Part shown: piece by piece, positions 37,944 through 49,635 of the stretch
Position numbering within the stretch: position 1 is the stretch's first letter
Layout of the letters: each line of letters begins with the position of its first letter
Source: Lama glama
Taxonomy: Eukaryota
DNA length: 64,000 nucleotides
Assembly (NCBI GenBank): GCA_028534125.1
Contig: CM052818.1
Span: forward strand, 7,876,001 to 7,940,000
Reading direction: 5' to 3'
Translations under genes and position numbers: made by a program
Notes under the pieces: generated by a model
Told to the model about the DNA's origin: nothing
Database searches by the model: none
Seen by the model: only the letters and a program-made list of their open reading frames with translations

Positions 37944-38086
37944 ATATATACATATATTATAATATATATAATATATATATATTATACATGTATATATATA
38001 TGTATAATAACTGAATCACTATGCTGTACCCCAGAAACTAGCGCAACATTGTAAGTCAACTATACTTAAGTTGTTTTTAAAAAAAG
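37944..38086 (+). mobile_element. Extremely 5'-truncated lineage L1 tail with (TA)n tract
   Basis: ataactgaatcactatgctgtaccccagaaactagcgcaacattgtaagtcaactatactt...aaaaaa, the same terminus as 24790-24855. Confidence 0.85.
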
Positions 38087-40427
38087 CTGACCTGTTGTTG
38101 TAGGAAACAATTCACCATCCCTGTAACCACATGCTTGCTCAAGCTGTGGTAGTCATGATGTGCAACAGAATTACAACCATAACAGGGTTAAGATAGGCTA
38201 AATCAGAAACAAAACCCCTACTTTCTTGGAGGTTTCATTCAAGTCAGTATTGTTGAGAGAATGTGCCCAAATAGGGCACCCAGAAAATGAGCTTATCCAT
38301 TGTGGATCTTGCTGTGTTGTAATTCAGAATTACTCCGAGTGGCATGATTGCCAGAGAATGAAACCTCAGCACCCTGGGTAGCCTGAGTCAGAGGAACCAC
38401 TCCTTGGCTGTAAATCCACTGTGTCTATAATAGTCCAGCCCTGATCCCTAACATTATGCTGCCTGAGTCACATGCTCTTGGAGACTACTTCAAGCTTAAG
38501 CAGAAAGGTCAAAAGAGGACAGGCAGCAAGGCAGCTTGGGGCTCTGCAGAGGTACTATTTCATCAGATGTCATAGGAACAGATTAGGGAGATCAGACTAC
38601 ATGGGGTCTCCCTCCCTCACATGAAAAATGACTTCTCCTTGAGGAGGGCTCACAAGTTCCTGAGAAGAGAGGGATATTTATGCCTGCGGAGAAACAAAAT
38701 GTCCCTGAGGTGGAACTTTTGAACTTAGTCATACACAATTGGTGGCAGCAGACAGGAAGAGCCTGACATTTCAGCGTGCAACCATGTTTAGGAGGATTTG
38801 GTTCATAGAAAAGTTGATGTCAGAACCTGAAGTCTCAATCTCTCTTTATCCCAAGTTCATCTTGTGATACTTGGCTAGCTAAACTCCTAAAGTTCCATTA
38901 ACATTTTCCAAGGACAGGAGAAAGTATTCTTTATATGAGAGTTGATATTCATTTCTCAGTAATTTATCTTCTTGAGCTGTTACAAAGCTCTTAATATATG
39001 AGGCTACTCTTTATATTTTAAAAAATCTTGAGAAATGCATCTGGTCCAAGTTAATAACTCAGAGCAATATTTTTAGATGATGCCTGGGTACACTGCTTAC
39101 ATAAACCGAGTCCAAGCTTCACATTATGTTAGAGATTGTCAGGTGATGTCCTTTCAGTTGGCACACAGGGCCCTTCCTTCTTGCCAGAGCAGAGGGCAAG
39201 TTCTTAGTAAACGTGCAAGGCTCATATGACTAACAAGAGTTGGTTTGGCCCCTAATGAGATTATAAGTTCCATTAAACCAAAATAGGAACCAGGCATCAC
39301 ATCAACCTTGTGAAAGCTCCGAAAGCTATTCCTGTCTCCAGTGCAAGGAAAATGAATTACAGAACCTCAATGAAAACAAAATCCATAAATGTCATCTTAC
39401 CCACCTAATCCTGCTTTCTGACCCCAGCAGAAGTGCAAAGGGACTTTTGTGGAGGGGAGACTTGGTTTCTTCAGTATCAGTCCTCAGGGATGTATTTTAG
39501 CTTCCATCAGTAAACTATCGATCCACTAGATACAGGGTTTACCTGACCTTATAGTAGCTATTTCTGTAACCCGTGTGTTCCCAGCTTTCCAGTCTATGAC
39601 TACAATGGAAAGTATCTTTTCATTTTATACCAAAATTATGACAGCATTCTCTCCTACCAGCCTACTTGCTGGAAGTTCACCTCTCTCAAAGTGCTCTCAA
39701 TAATATCTGAAGCTTTACTTGTACTACTTTATATATAAAGCTCTGAAATAGAGCTTTCCCGTGTGTCCCCTCTGGCCTTCTCCATGCTGCTTTGACCTTC
39801 AGGAACGTTCTGCTGTCCTGCGCTTAGTTCTCCCCACTGATGCCCACTGTTGCCCCCACTTCAGCTTCAGGAATGAGAAACTTCTTCCTTTGGTCCAAAG
39901 AAGACATCCTGATAATGCTTCTCACTTTTCGGTGTGGCTCGAATGTAGGTGCAAGGCCTTTCCAAGCTGGGGGTTCCTTACCCCAGGGCCTAAAGTGCTG
40001 GTTGTTGTCCCTACTGTTCCTGACAGAATAGAAGCTTGATGTTGCTGCTGCCCTGAGGATAACTCACCACTAGCACGAGCCTGTTCAAAGCCTCTCTATA
40101 CTTCAAAGTCCAGGGCCAAATGGATCCCGAGTCCAGAGAGAGCTGGAAGCCCCTTCTTCCACAGTCCATAGTTTCAATTTATTTCCTAAATGGGGATTAT
40201 CCACTTCTCAAGATGACTAGTGGTGGAAACATCCATTCTCTAAAAGAAAAAGTCTGCATCCACCCAACCATTGAGCCCTTGGCTCTAATAATACAATCTC
40301 AAAATGATATAATATTGGCCTATTTCCTAAAGTCAGAGTTGGTTTCTTTTATCCATGGTCACTTTTTTGCATTTGTGTTTTCTCCTTTTACTATTTCTTA
40401 GGTACAGGGATCTCTAGGTATAATAAT

Positions 40428-40950
40428 GTGTGGTCAGGGTCCAGCATGGGTCTGGAAATGGATGGTGTTCTCCATGCAGGTAATTGAAGGAAGTTAGTAA
40501 AGGCACTATTTACAAGGTATGGGCAGAGTTTACAGGGTTTACAGAAATTAGCGAGGGATTTGTCAGTGTCTGGGGTTAGAAATAATGGGGAGCTGTTACT
40601 GCACATAAGTCCAGAGTGGGAAAGAGAGGATGTGTTTCCCAGAACCCAGAGAGTATGGAAAGAGCCATCTGATGAGAGAGGTAGCCTTCAGCAGACAGAT
40701 TCAGCCAACCCTGCACACCCTGGGAGAGCAGAAGCTGGGGAGCAAACACCCCAACCTCATTCCCCTCCATCTTCCAATCTCCTGCCACAGTGCCTCTCAC
40801 CACCCGGCCTTCACAAGACCCAACCCTGACCAGAGTGCAGGGGAAATGCACTCTGTAATGATGCCATCTGTATTTGTCAGCCTCCCAGGGCCAGAGCAGG
40901 GCAGAGAAGGATAAAAATTGGATTTGAAGAGGCTAAAGAAAGTATCAGGA
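40428..40950 (-). mobile_element. LTR33-like ERVL LTR
   Basis: gtcagggtccagca...ggaaatggatggtg, ggcactatttacaagg, gtcagcctcccagggccagagcagggcagagaagg, reverse-similar to LTR33 as recalled. Confidence 0.7.
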
Positions 40951-41084
40951 AAAACTACTTCTTGTGAAACTCAATAGCTGTAATTTTTCTCTAAATCTAT
41001 TCCTTTAAAGTATCACAAAATGCTCTAATATCAGTGTGAGGAGTCCACTAGATTCACCTGATCTTTGCCTCAATTTTAAAAGCC

Positions 41085-41270
41085 TTAACCATGTGCCCTC
41101 TAAGTCATTTCTTTTCCAAACTTAACGTCCCTAATGATTTTTGTTGGTCACTACTCAGCAGCAACCCTTTCTCTTCAAACATTTTATTGTATTTCTCCGC
41201 TCCTTCTGAATTTCCCTCATGATTTCCTTAAGGTATAGCAATTCAAACTGTATACTTTATTCTAGAAGCA
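41085..41270 (-). mobile_element. L3/CR1 LINE fragment
   Basis: cttttccaaacttaacgtccctaat ... ttccttaaggtatagcaattcaaactgtatactttattctaga resembles CR1 RT-region antisense. Confidence 0.5.
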
Positions 41271-42205
41271 TGCATTCTAAGGCAATAATAGGAAATATGC
41301 TAATTCAATCACGAGAACTTTAAGAGCAATAAAGTGAAAATAAAATTTAGGGGAAAAGAAATTACAGCAGTATTGAAAATTAAGACAATTTAGAGGTTAG
41401 TTAGGAATTATTAGGAGTTAGCACAACATGGACCATAAACTAAAATTGTAGCAGGCCTTGGGGTAGAAGTTTCCTTAAGTTTTAATATATTTTCGATGGC
41501 TTGAAATTGATCCTGTTGGGGGTAGTATTTTGCACAGCATAATTAAATAACCCTCATGACTAGGAATGAAATGGGCCTGAATCTAGCCTCAAATAAAATT
41601 CCCAATGTGATGATAGCAACAAAGCCTGAAAGAGATGGGAATGAGGATGAAGATGGAGGAGAGAAGAAGCAGCAAAATCTTCCATTCTGTCTGAGAATCA
41701 GTAGCTATTAATTTTTTATGTTAATACAAAAATGTAGGCTTAAATATGTAAGGGCAACCGTTAGCAATATGAAGATAGGAATAAAAACTTTAAAAACACT
41801 AGATAGAGGGGAAAAAAATTTTAAAAACTCTACCATCTAGCTAAAGTCAGGAAAGGGAAACATGCAACAAGAAAACATAATAAATTGGAAACATAAAATA
41901 TGACAGGCATAGCGCATTCTTCCTCGTTACCCATCTGAAATTCATCTTTGACTCCTCTCTCACTCACCCTGTCTGTGTGATTGACTCACTTGGGTTTCCC
42001 TCGGAAATACCTCTTGTGTCTGACCCTTTCCACTCCCACGACCACCCCTCCGGCTCCCTTGGACCTGTACTAATGCAGTTGCTCCAGCAGAACAGATCCT
42101 GCCTGGCCTCCCTGCAGCACCTAGAACTGTCTTCCCTGCTCCCCACTCCTTACCATACCTTTCTTATTTTATTTTCAAGACCTTCCGTAACATGAGCCCA
42201 GCTAA

Positions 42206-42320
42206 CCATGTTGCATCAATTCTAAGATGCATTTCTTAAAAAAAATTAAAACATCTCTGAAATCAGAGTGCTCCTTACAATTGATGACAATCATGCTATC
42301 TTAGATTCGATGAAATATGG
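42206..42320. mobile_element. MER104-like Tc2/mariner MITE inserted in an L2 (~42150-42620, +)
   Basis: TIRs ccatgttgcatcaattctaaga / tcttagattcgatgaaatatgg; internal aacatctctgaaatcagagtg; flanking L2 motif tctttaagacccagctcaaagaccatctcctc. Confidence 0.75.
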
Positions 42321-44104
42321 TTCTTTTCTCAGTTCTTGACTTGGCTACATGACACTTCTGTTCTACAAAACAGGACTTCTCATTTTGCTGGGCTATGGCT
42401 CATTCTTTCACAGCTCCAAACGTTTGTTCAGACATTTCCCATCGTCTGGGTGTCCCTGTCCCCCTGCCTCTCTTCCTGTATGGGCCCATCTTTAAGACCC
42501 AGCTCAAAGACCATCTCCTCAAAGAATCCTCTGTTCACTACCTCAGCTGGGAACAACCTTCCCTCTGAAACTTCTCGGTTTTTTCTAAGTCTAGCAACTC
42601 TTATCACACACTTCCATTTAGTTTAAATACTGGTATAGGTATTGGGTGGTACACAGGATTCCTCAATTTCTGCAAACAAGTTGAGAAGAGCAGCTAAAAT
42701 TGTAACATTCTGTGAAAGTGCATTGGTTTGTTTCACTAATTTAGTCCAGGACATTTCAGTTTCTTTTGAAAATCTGTGAAGTGCTATCATTCCAGAACTC
42801 AGTGAGAGCCCTGCTTTGCGCTGCCTTCTAGAGGTAGTAATCATCAGTGAGCCAGAGAGAGGCCAAAGGCAACGGGATCAGCAAGAGAAGTGGGAAGGCA
42901 CCCAGCCTGAGGGGAGCTGCTGGGAGGGGCTGCTCTATTGGCAGGACACACTAATTGGCCCTGTTCCTGGGAGTAGCCATTGGAAAGGTCAAGCTTTGAA
43001 AAGCCATGTTGGGTAGAGCTCCCCTAGCCTCCCATGAGTCACTGTGATGTCTTGGGAGGATGGGGCTGTGTGGGATACTCATGGTCTTTCCATTTACTCT
43101 TCCCTCGGGAAATCCAGACTGGACTGGAAGTCCAGGAACTCTTGAGTTACCCCCGTTGGCGCGTACAGGGAGACACTGAATGTCTGTAACCCAGCCCTGT
43201 CAGAGGGTGTGGCCTGGGGAAAAGGGCTACATCTCTGTCACATCCGTCGTCTATGACAGATTCCTCTCCATCACAACTAATTTTGAACTCTTCCAAGTAT
43301 TATGTGTGAATCTTTGCTGCAACACATTCACAGGGCTTTCTCCTGGCAAATTTTTATGGCCACAAGAAAAAAAAAATCTGCTCAAATGCCCTTTTACTAT
43401 TGCTATGACTTTCTGTAGCTAAATTTAAAATGACCTCTGAAATTTCCTTCTGAGTTTTGCTCGTTAAAGCTAATGCCGTTTTCTATAAGGGCCTCCCAGT
43501 TACCCAGCTTTCCATGGGTAACCTCTCCAGCCTCAGTCTCTACCAAACAAGGGGTAGATTTGAGAAGCTTGGGGTCCCTGCCAGCGTCAGCCTTCTAACA
43601 TCTGCTCGGTGCTCTATGTTCCTCACCTCCCAAACACTGGATTTATGTGCTAATGAGTCTGAAGCTCACTTTCCTCTGAGGCAAAAGGGTCAGCATGATG
43701 TGATCTGGACATGTCCTTTGAAGCCTGTCCATAGGATGTGGCTGCTCTCCACGGCTTCACACCAGCAGGCCTTGCTTGAAGGACATAATTGTCGAGCTGA
43801 TTTCACCAAGAGGTGGTTTTGTCTTAAGAATTTTTTCCACATTAGAAAAGTCAGAAATGTTTATTACAGAAAATGTAGGCAATATAGAAAATTATAAAGA
43901 AGGAAATACAAATCACTTAAACTCTGACCTCTCATTATTAACACTATGGCATGTATCCTTACAGTAATTTTTCTTTGCAAATATAATCATATGATTTTTT
44001 TAGATGTTTGATACAGAATTAGAATCAAAATTTTCAAACTGTATTTTTAAACCTAGCTCTTCTCCTTTACTGATAAATGATTAACATTTTCCTTTAGCAT
44101 TAAG

Positions 44105-44345
44105 TAATAGTTAACAGTGTGGACTTTGGAGCTATTCTATCTGGATTTGAATCCTGGCTCTGTCACTTATTAACCATGTGACCCTTGGGCATCTCCTTTA
44201 ACTGAAAAAGATACTTCAGTTTCCTCATCTTTAAAATGGGGATAATAATGGTTCCAGTTTCACACAGCTGCTATGAATATTTAAGTGAATCAACATCTGC
44301 CAAGTACTTAGAACAGTGCCTGGCAGGTAGTATGGGCTTTATAGG
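44105..44345 (+). mobile_element. MIR SINE, near full length
   Basis: gactttggagc...ctggatttgaatcctggctctgtcacttattaaccatgtgaccctt ... cagtttcctcatctttaaaatggggataataat ... cttagaacagtgcctggca. Confidence 0.92.
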
Positions 44346-45674
44346 ACTGGCTGCGGCTTGAGATTGCTACTACGTTTTCTTCTACAACATCATTTTAAAG
44401 ACTGGATGGAATTATACTGTTTGGGGTGTACCGTAATGTATTTAATCAGGGTCTCATTGTTGGACAGTGTTCTACTTTCTTGGCTTTATGAACAGTTCTG
44501 CAAACAGACTTTTTTTTTCATGGCATTTATAACAGGACCGACTATGCACAAGGTAGGGAAGAAATACAGTGATGGGGATATAGAAGTCCTACGTTTTACC
44601 TTCTTGGTTTTGAGTTTGGTTGGAGAGGCAGAAAGAATGTCAGTGCCTCACTTTTGTCTGGAATGCTGCTGCTCAAAGACTATTCAGACTTTATGGCACC
44701 ACCCAGTCAAATATCTAAAGGTCCTTCCTAATTGAATCACCAGTTGTCCTGTCCTCAGATTCCAATTGGAGTAGGATCCTTGGCCAATCATGTCATATCC
44801 TTCTAGTTCTTCATGCAACAGCTGTCACTGATTGACTCAGTTTTGTGGGCTCAGCTCCAAGGAAGACTTGGAGGGTTTTCACTGAACCCAGTGAGTCCCT
44901 GGAACATTTATCATTTCTGAGCTGGTGAGTATGAAGTTCCTGAAAGAGATGATCCCGCTCTGTCTTAAGGCTGAATCCCTGTCACTGTTCTCCCCAGCAC
45001 TGCTGCGGAGAAAGGGAAGGGATCTTCTACTGAGTTCTAATTTCCTGTCCTTAGTTAAGGGAATGGTTATTCTGGTATAATGGGTCCAGTGTCCTTTCTA
45101 CACATTGAGGGAATTACAGACGCAGAAGTGGCTTCTGCATCTGTAATTAAGTGGCTTCATGGAATAACCTTATGCAAAAAGCTGTGCCAGTGCAGATAAA
45201 CACTGCTGATGGGCAGTCCTTGCTGGGGTCACAGTGACTTATAAGATCACCTTCAAGAAGCTGTGCATGGGGAAGTGTGTCAAATGCCTGGTTCTCACTA
45301 TCTCTGTGTTAAACGTATCACCAACCAAACCACCTGGTTAGTCCTCAGGCTCTCCTAGCCAAAAGTATACTACATAACATATCTGAAGACTCATGGCTTC
45401 TGAATTTCTGCCTTTATTTTCTCCTGGCTCCTCTGGAAGGTATTATTTTCTAGGTTCCCTGGAAGGTTCTGCTCACATGCTACCCTGTGGGGATCTGGAT
45501 AAACACACTACCTAGAAAATTCATTTAATACATGGAGGCAGGAGAGCTCTTCCCTAACTTCAACTGTGTTCAGTCAGCTGGTGCCAGGGGTCTTTGTTTC
45601 TGCCATGGATACCTTCTTAGAATGCAAGGATGAGGCCACCAACTGTAACCTTGCCAGAAATAGTGGTGAACCTG

Positions 45675-45890
45675 GCGAATCTATTCTACACTGTTAGAAG
45701 TGAGCGTAGTTATTACTCTTAGTTGATGGAAAGGGGTCCGAGGGAGTCTTCTAGAGGGCTGGTGACATTCTGGGTTCTGACCTGGGTGCTGGCTACATGG
45801 GTGTGTTCATTTTGTGAATGTTCAGTGAACTGTACACTTGTGATAAGTGTACTTTTTTGTATGTATGTTGTACTTCAATAAAAATTTTCA
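45675..45890 (+). mobile_element. L1ME-like 3' end
   Basis: gacctgggtgctggctacatgggtgtgttcattttgtgaatgttcagtgaactgtacactt ... tacttcaataaaa. Confidence 0.8.
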
Positions 45891-45960
45891 AGTGGAAGAT
45901 GTTGATAAACTGAATTAAAGAAAGGAAGATCCACCTCTGTTAAGACTAGTGGCACTTCCC

Positions 45961-46155
45961 TAGGGCTGCCAGATTTAGCAAATAAAATCAAAAGGATGCT
46001 CAGTTAAATTTGAATTTCAGATATACAGCAAATAATTTTTTTAGTATAAGTATGTTACATGCGATATTCAGGACATGTTTATACTACAAAAGTATTCATT
46101 GCTTTTCTGAAATTCAAATATAACTGATCATCCTCTATTTTATCTGGCAACCCTA
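45961..46155. mobile_element. MER53 palindromic hAT MITE, full length
   Basis: TIRs tagggctgccagat / atctggcaacccta; the whole element is an imperfect inverted repeat (cagttaaatttgaatttcaga / tctgaaattcaaatataactg). Confidence 0.9.
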
Positions 46156-47073
46156 ATCGTAAGTCTTCTAAATTTGTCTCATCTTTGATTTAATGAGAAA
46201 GCGAAAAAAAGGGTATATATTAAATGATAATGTATTTAGGATATATATATATATATATATATATAGTCTTTGAAGGAAATATTAAATTATAGGAGGCAGA
46301 AATGAAAAAATAAGGGCTCTAGTATTTCACTTTCTCCATTCCTCCTTCATACCTCTCTTCTGTTGTTTTTTTGGTTTCTCATTTCCACATTCATATCAAT
46401 GAAAAGAGGAGAAATAAGTAAGCAAAAGAAATAAGGTAGTGCCAGAATCATTTATGATTTCATTTACTGTTTGAATCTACAAATCATTTGTTGTTTTGAA
46501 AATTTCACTCCTGATTTGTCTGTGTTCTTGTTTCCTATTTTTTACTGAACTGTTTCCTATTTCATTCTTTTTCAGAACTTGTTAACCTTTGCCAGATGGA
46601 AGTTGAACTTTTCTCAGTATAATCAGTGTTTTTCCCGCCTTTTCTTATCTAAGATTCATAGGCTAAACTTGAAAAATCTATTTGTTATTGATCTCAGAAA
46701 GGTCAGTTTTCCTTTTTCTCTCTTCAACAATGATAACTAATATGTACCTGGTACGTTTCAACTACGCTTCTTACACAGTTGGTAGATTTGAACCAAGTTT
46801 TCAGAATTACATCTCGCTTCCTTTTCTATACTTTCCACTCTTAAAGGAGAAAAAATTCCAGTACAAATTATTTAATACAACTAGGCTCTGTCAGTAAATG
46901 GAATTAGATCCCAAAGGTTTTGTGCTTTGACACGTTTTCAGTTCACAGAGATGGGTAGTAATAAAATGAAATTATTTCCTGCTTCCCTAAAGACTTCCAA
47001 GTTGTGATTTTGTAACACCGAGAGTGTTACCCACTTTATTTAGAATAAAATTCTCAAGTCAAAAATGATTTTA

Positions 47074-48018
47074 TGGGCAGAAGACCTAAACAAGCAATTC
47101 TTCAATGAAGACGTACAAATAGCCAATCGGCACTTGAAAAAATGCTCAATATCACTAATTATCAGAGAAATGCAAATCAAAACTACAGTGAGGTACTACT
47201 TCACACCAGTCAGAATGGCCATCATTAAAAAGTCCACGAATGATAAATGCTGGAGAGGCTGTGGAGAAAAGGGAACCCTCTTACACCCGTTGGTAGGAAT
47301 GTAGTTTGGTGCAGCCATTATGGGAAACAGTATGGGGAGTCCTTAAAAAACTAAAAAATAGACTTACCACATGATCCAGCAGTCCCACTCCTGAGCATGT
47401 ATTCCAGAGGAAATTCTAATTTGAAAAGATACTTGCACCCAACCGTCCATAGCAGCACTGCATACAATAGCCAAGACATGGAAAGAACCTAAATTTCCAT
47501 CAACAGATGGCTGGATAAAGAAGTGGTGGTATATTTATACAATGAAATACTACTCAGCCATAAAAAAGAATAAAATAATGCCATTTGCTGCAAAATGTAT
47601 GGACCTGCAGATAGTCATTGTAAGTAAACTAAGCCAGAAAGAGAAAGAAAAATACCATATGATATCACTTACATGTAGAATCTAAAAAAAAAAAGACACA
47701 AATGAACTTATTTACAAAACATAAACAGACTCACAGACATAGAAGACAAACTTATGGTTACCAGGTGGGGAAAGAGGTGGCAAGGGATAAATTGGGAGTC
47801 CCAAATTTGCAGATACTAACTGCTATATATAAAATAGATAAGCAAATTTATACTGTATAGCACAGAGAACTATATTCAGTATCTTGTAGTAACCTATAAT
47901 GAAAAAGAATGTGAAAAGGAATGTATGTATGTATTTGTATGACTAAAATGTTATGCTATACACCAGAAATAATTGAGGTTTTATAAACTGACTATACTTC
48001 AATTTAAAACAATTTTTT
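47074..48018 (+). mobile_element. 5'-truncated lineage L1 (ORF2 C-terminus plus 3'UTR) with TSD
   Basis: ORF 47065..47304 [38 protein letters not shown]...[14 protein letters not shown] is the L1 ORF2 cysteine-rich region, frameshifted downstream. 10-bp TSD aatgatttta at 47064-47073 and 48019-48028. Confidence 0.95.
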
Positions 48019-48999
48019 AATGATTTTAATCTCCTTTCATTTAAATGATCAGTATGTCTCCTAACATACTTGAAGAGATGTGAAAGGGGAAAAAAAGGAA
48101 ATTGTACCCACATCGAAGAAAGATCATAAAATGTATTAACAACCCATATTTGGAACCATTGCTCGAAAGGTTGACCTTCTAATCTTTTCAAAAGTTAGTG
48201 GGTTTTCTGTAATAAGTTTTCAAGTAAGGTGTATTTCTGATGAGTCATTTCACTAATCATCGATCAAGTCATTTCTAAATGATTCTAGGCAACACTTTTC
48301 ATTAATTATTTTTCACACAGTTGATTGACTGGCTATCTCATTGTCTTGTTGCTATGGAAACACAAACATTTAAAATTTTATATATATATGTATATCCATT
48401 ACTCCTGTGTTAATAAGTTTTACTGCGACCAAGCTCCTTTACTGAAAGAGAGAGTGACAGGGGCAGGGGAGGCTGGCGGGCAGAATGATAAAAGCCCAGT
48501 ATGTGCAGAGGAGAATTTAAAAATACACGAAGACAAATGAGTGTGAAAGCATCATATGAGGCAAAAAGGTATTAATTTTTATAAAGCAGTATTAGCATAG
48601 ACACAGAAATGAAGTAGCTCTGTTTTTTCAGGACACTTCATAAGCATTACTGAAAGGTTTATTAATCAATAAGTGCCATAGACAACTGCAGAATGTTTAA
48701 CAACCGAAATAGTATTTTCAACTCTAATAGTTCCACTGAGAAGGCAGTAGTGATCTTTAGCAGCTAAATAAGCTCCTGGAACGTGCTGGGTTCTTACCAA
48801 TTACTTACCAATCACTTGCCCCTTTAGTCCCTGACATTGCTTTAACAAAGGTTTCCAAAATCTGTCCCCACCTACTCTTACAACTTTATCTCCCACAACT
48901 CTCGTTTGCCTTGGGTTGTTTCTGAACTGGTCTCTTTATTGACTCCTAGATAAGTGTCTCTACCCCGGGACTGCCAGAATACCACCTTCCTCACCTCCT

Positions 49000-49390
49000 C
49001 CCTGCCACCCAAAACCTCCCCCACTGTCCAGTCCCAACTCAAAACCCACCACCTTCATTTAATGATATATTCCCACTCTAGTCCACAACCATCCTCCCTT
49101 TTGCCTGCCTGTATTACTAAATCAATGTACTACTAATGTGGTGTTTTATTACATACTAGCTTGCACCATCTTCTACAGTGTTTGCTTTAAGAGTTATTCC
49201 ATATTCATGGGTATTTGAACATACTTTGTAAATTTTGAAGTTTCATGACAACGTAAATGTTGTCTTCATTACCTAGTTTATAGCTCCCCTGACATGGGGA
49301 TTGTGCGTACATTTTTGTATGACACCTAGGAGAGCAGTGCATATTCCATGGCCCCTCAATAAATAGTTTCTGATGAATGAATGCATGGAA
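49000..49390 (+). mobile_element. L2 3' end
   Basis: tagtttatagctcccctgacatggggattgtg ... ccctcaataaatagtttctgatgaatgaatg. Confidence 0.65.
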
Positions 49391-49394
49391 GACC

Positions 49395-49635
49395 ACTGGA
49401 ACTGGAGCTAAACCATCACAGCCTGCATTTGCCTCTTGTGGCCTGTATGGATTTGATGTAGTTGTTTAATCTCTGTGCTTCAGTTTCCTTATCTTTAAAA
49501 TGGGGATAATAATGGTATCTACTTCACAGAGTTGCTTTGAGAATTAAATGAACTCATACATGTAAAGTGCCTAAAACATCATGCTTAGCACATAGCATTT
49601 ACTCAATAAATATTAACTATTTGAATGAATGAATA
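49395..49635 (+). mobile_element. MIR SINE
   Basis: tttaatctctgtgcttcagtttccttatctttaaaatggggataataatggtatctacttcacagagttgctttgagaattaaatga ... actcaataaatatt. Confidence 0.9.

Noticed and set aside
43457..43897. 146-aa ORF
   Set aside because: Non-ATG start, no recognisable protein similarity, and it runs into repeat-like sequence.
44807..44929. Plus-strand exon candidate ending CTG|gtgagt
   Set aside because: Strong donor, but the longest frame stops just before it and no linked exons were found.
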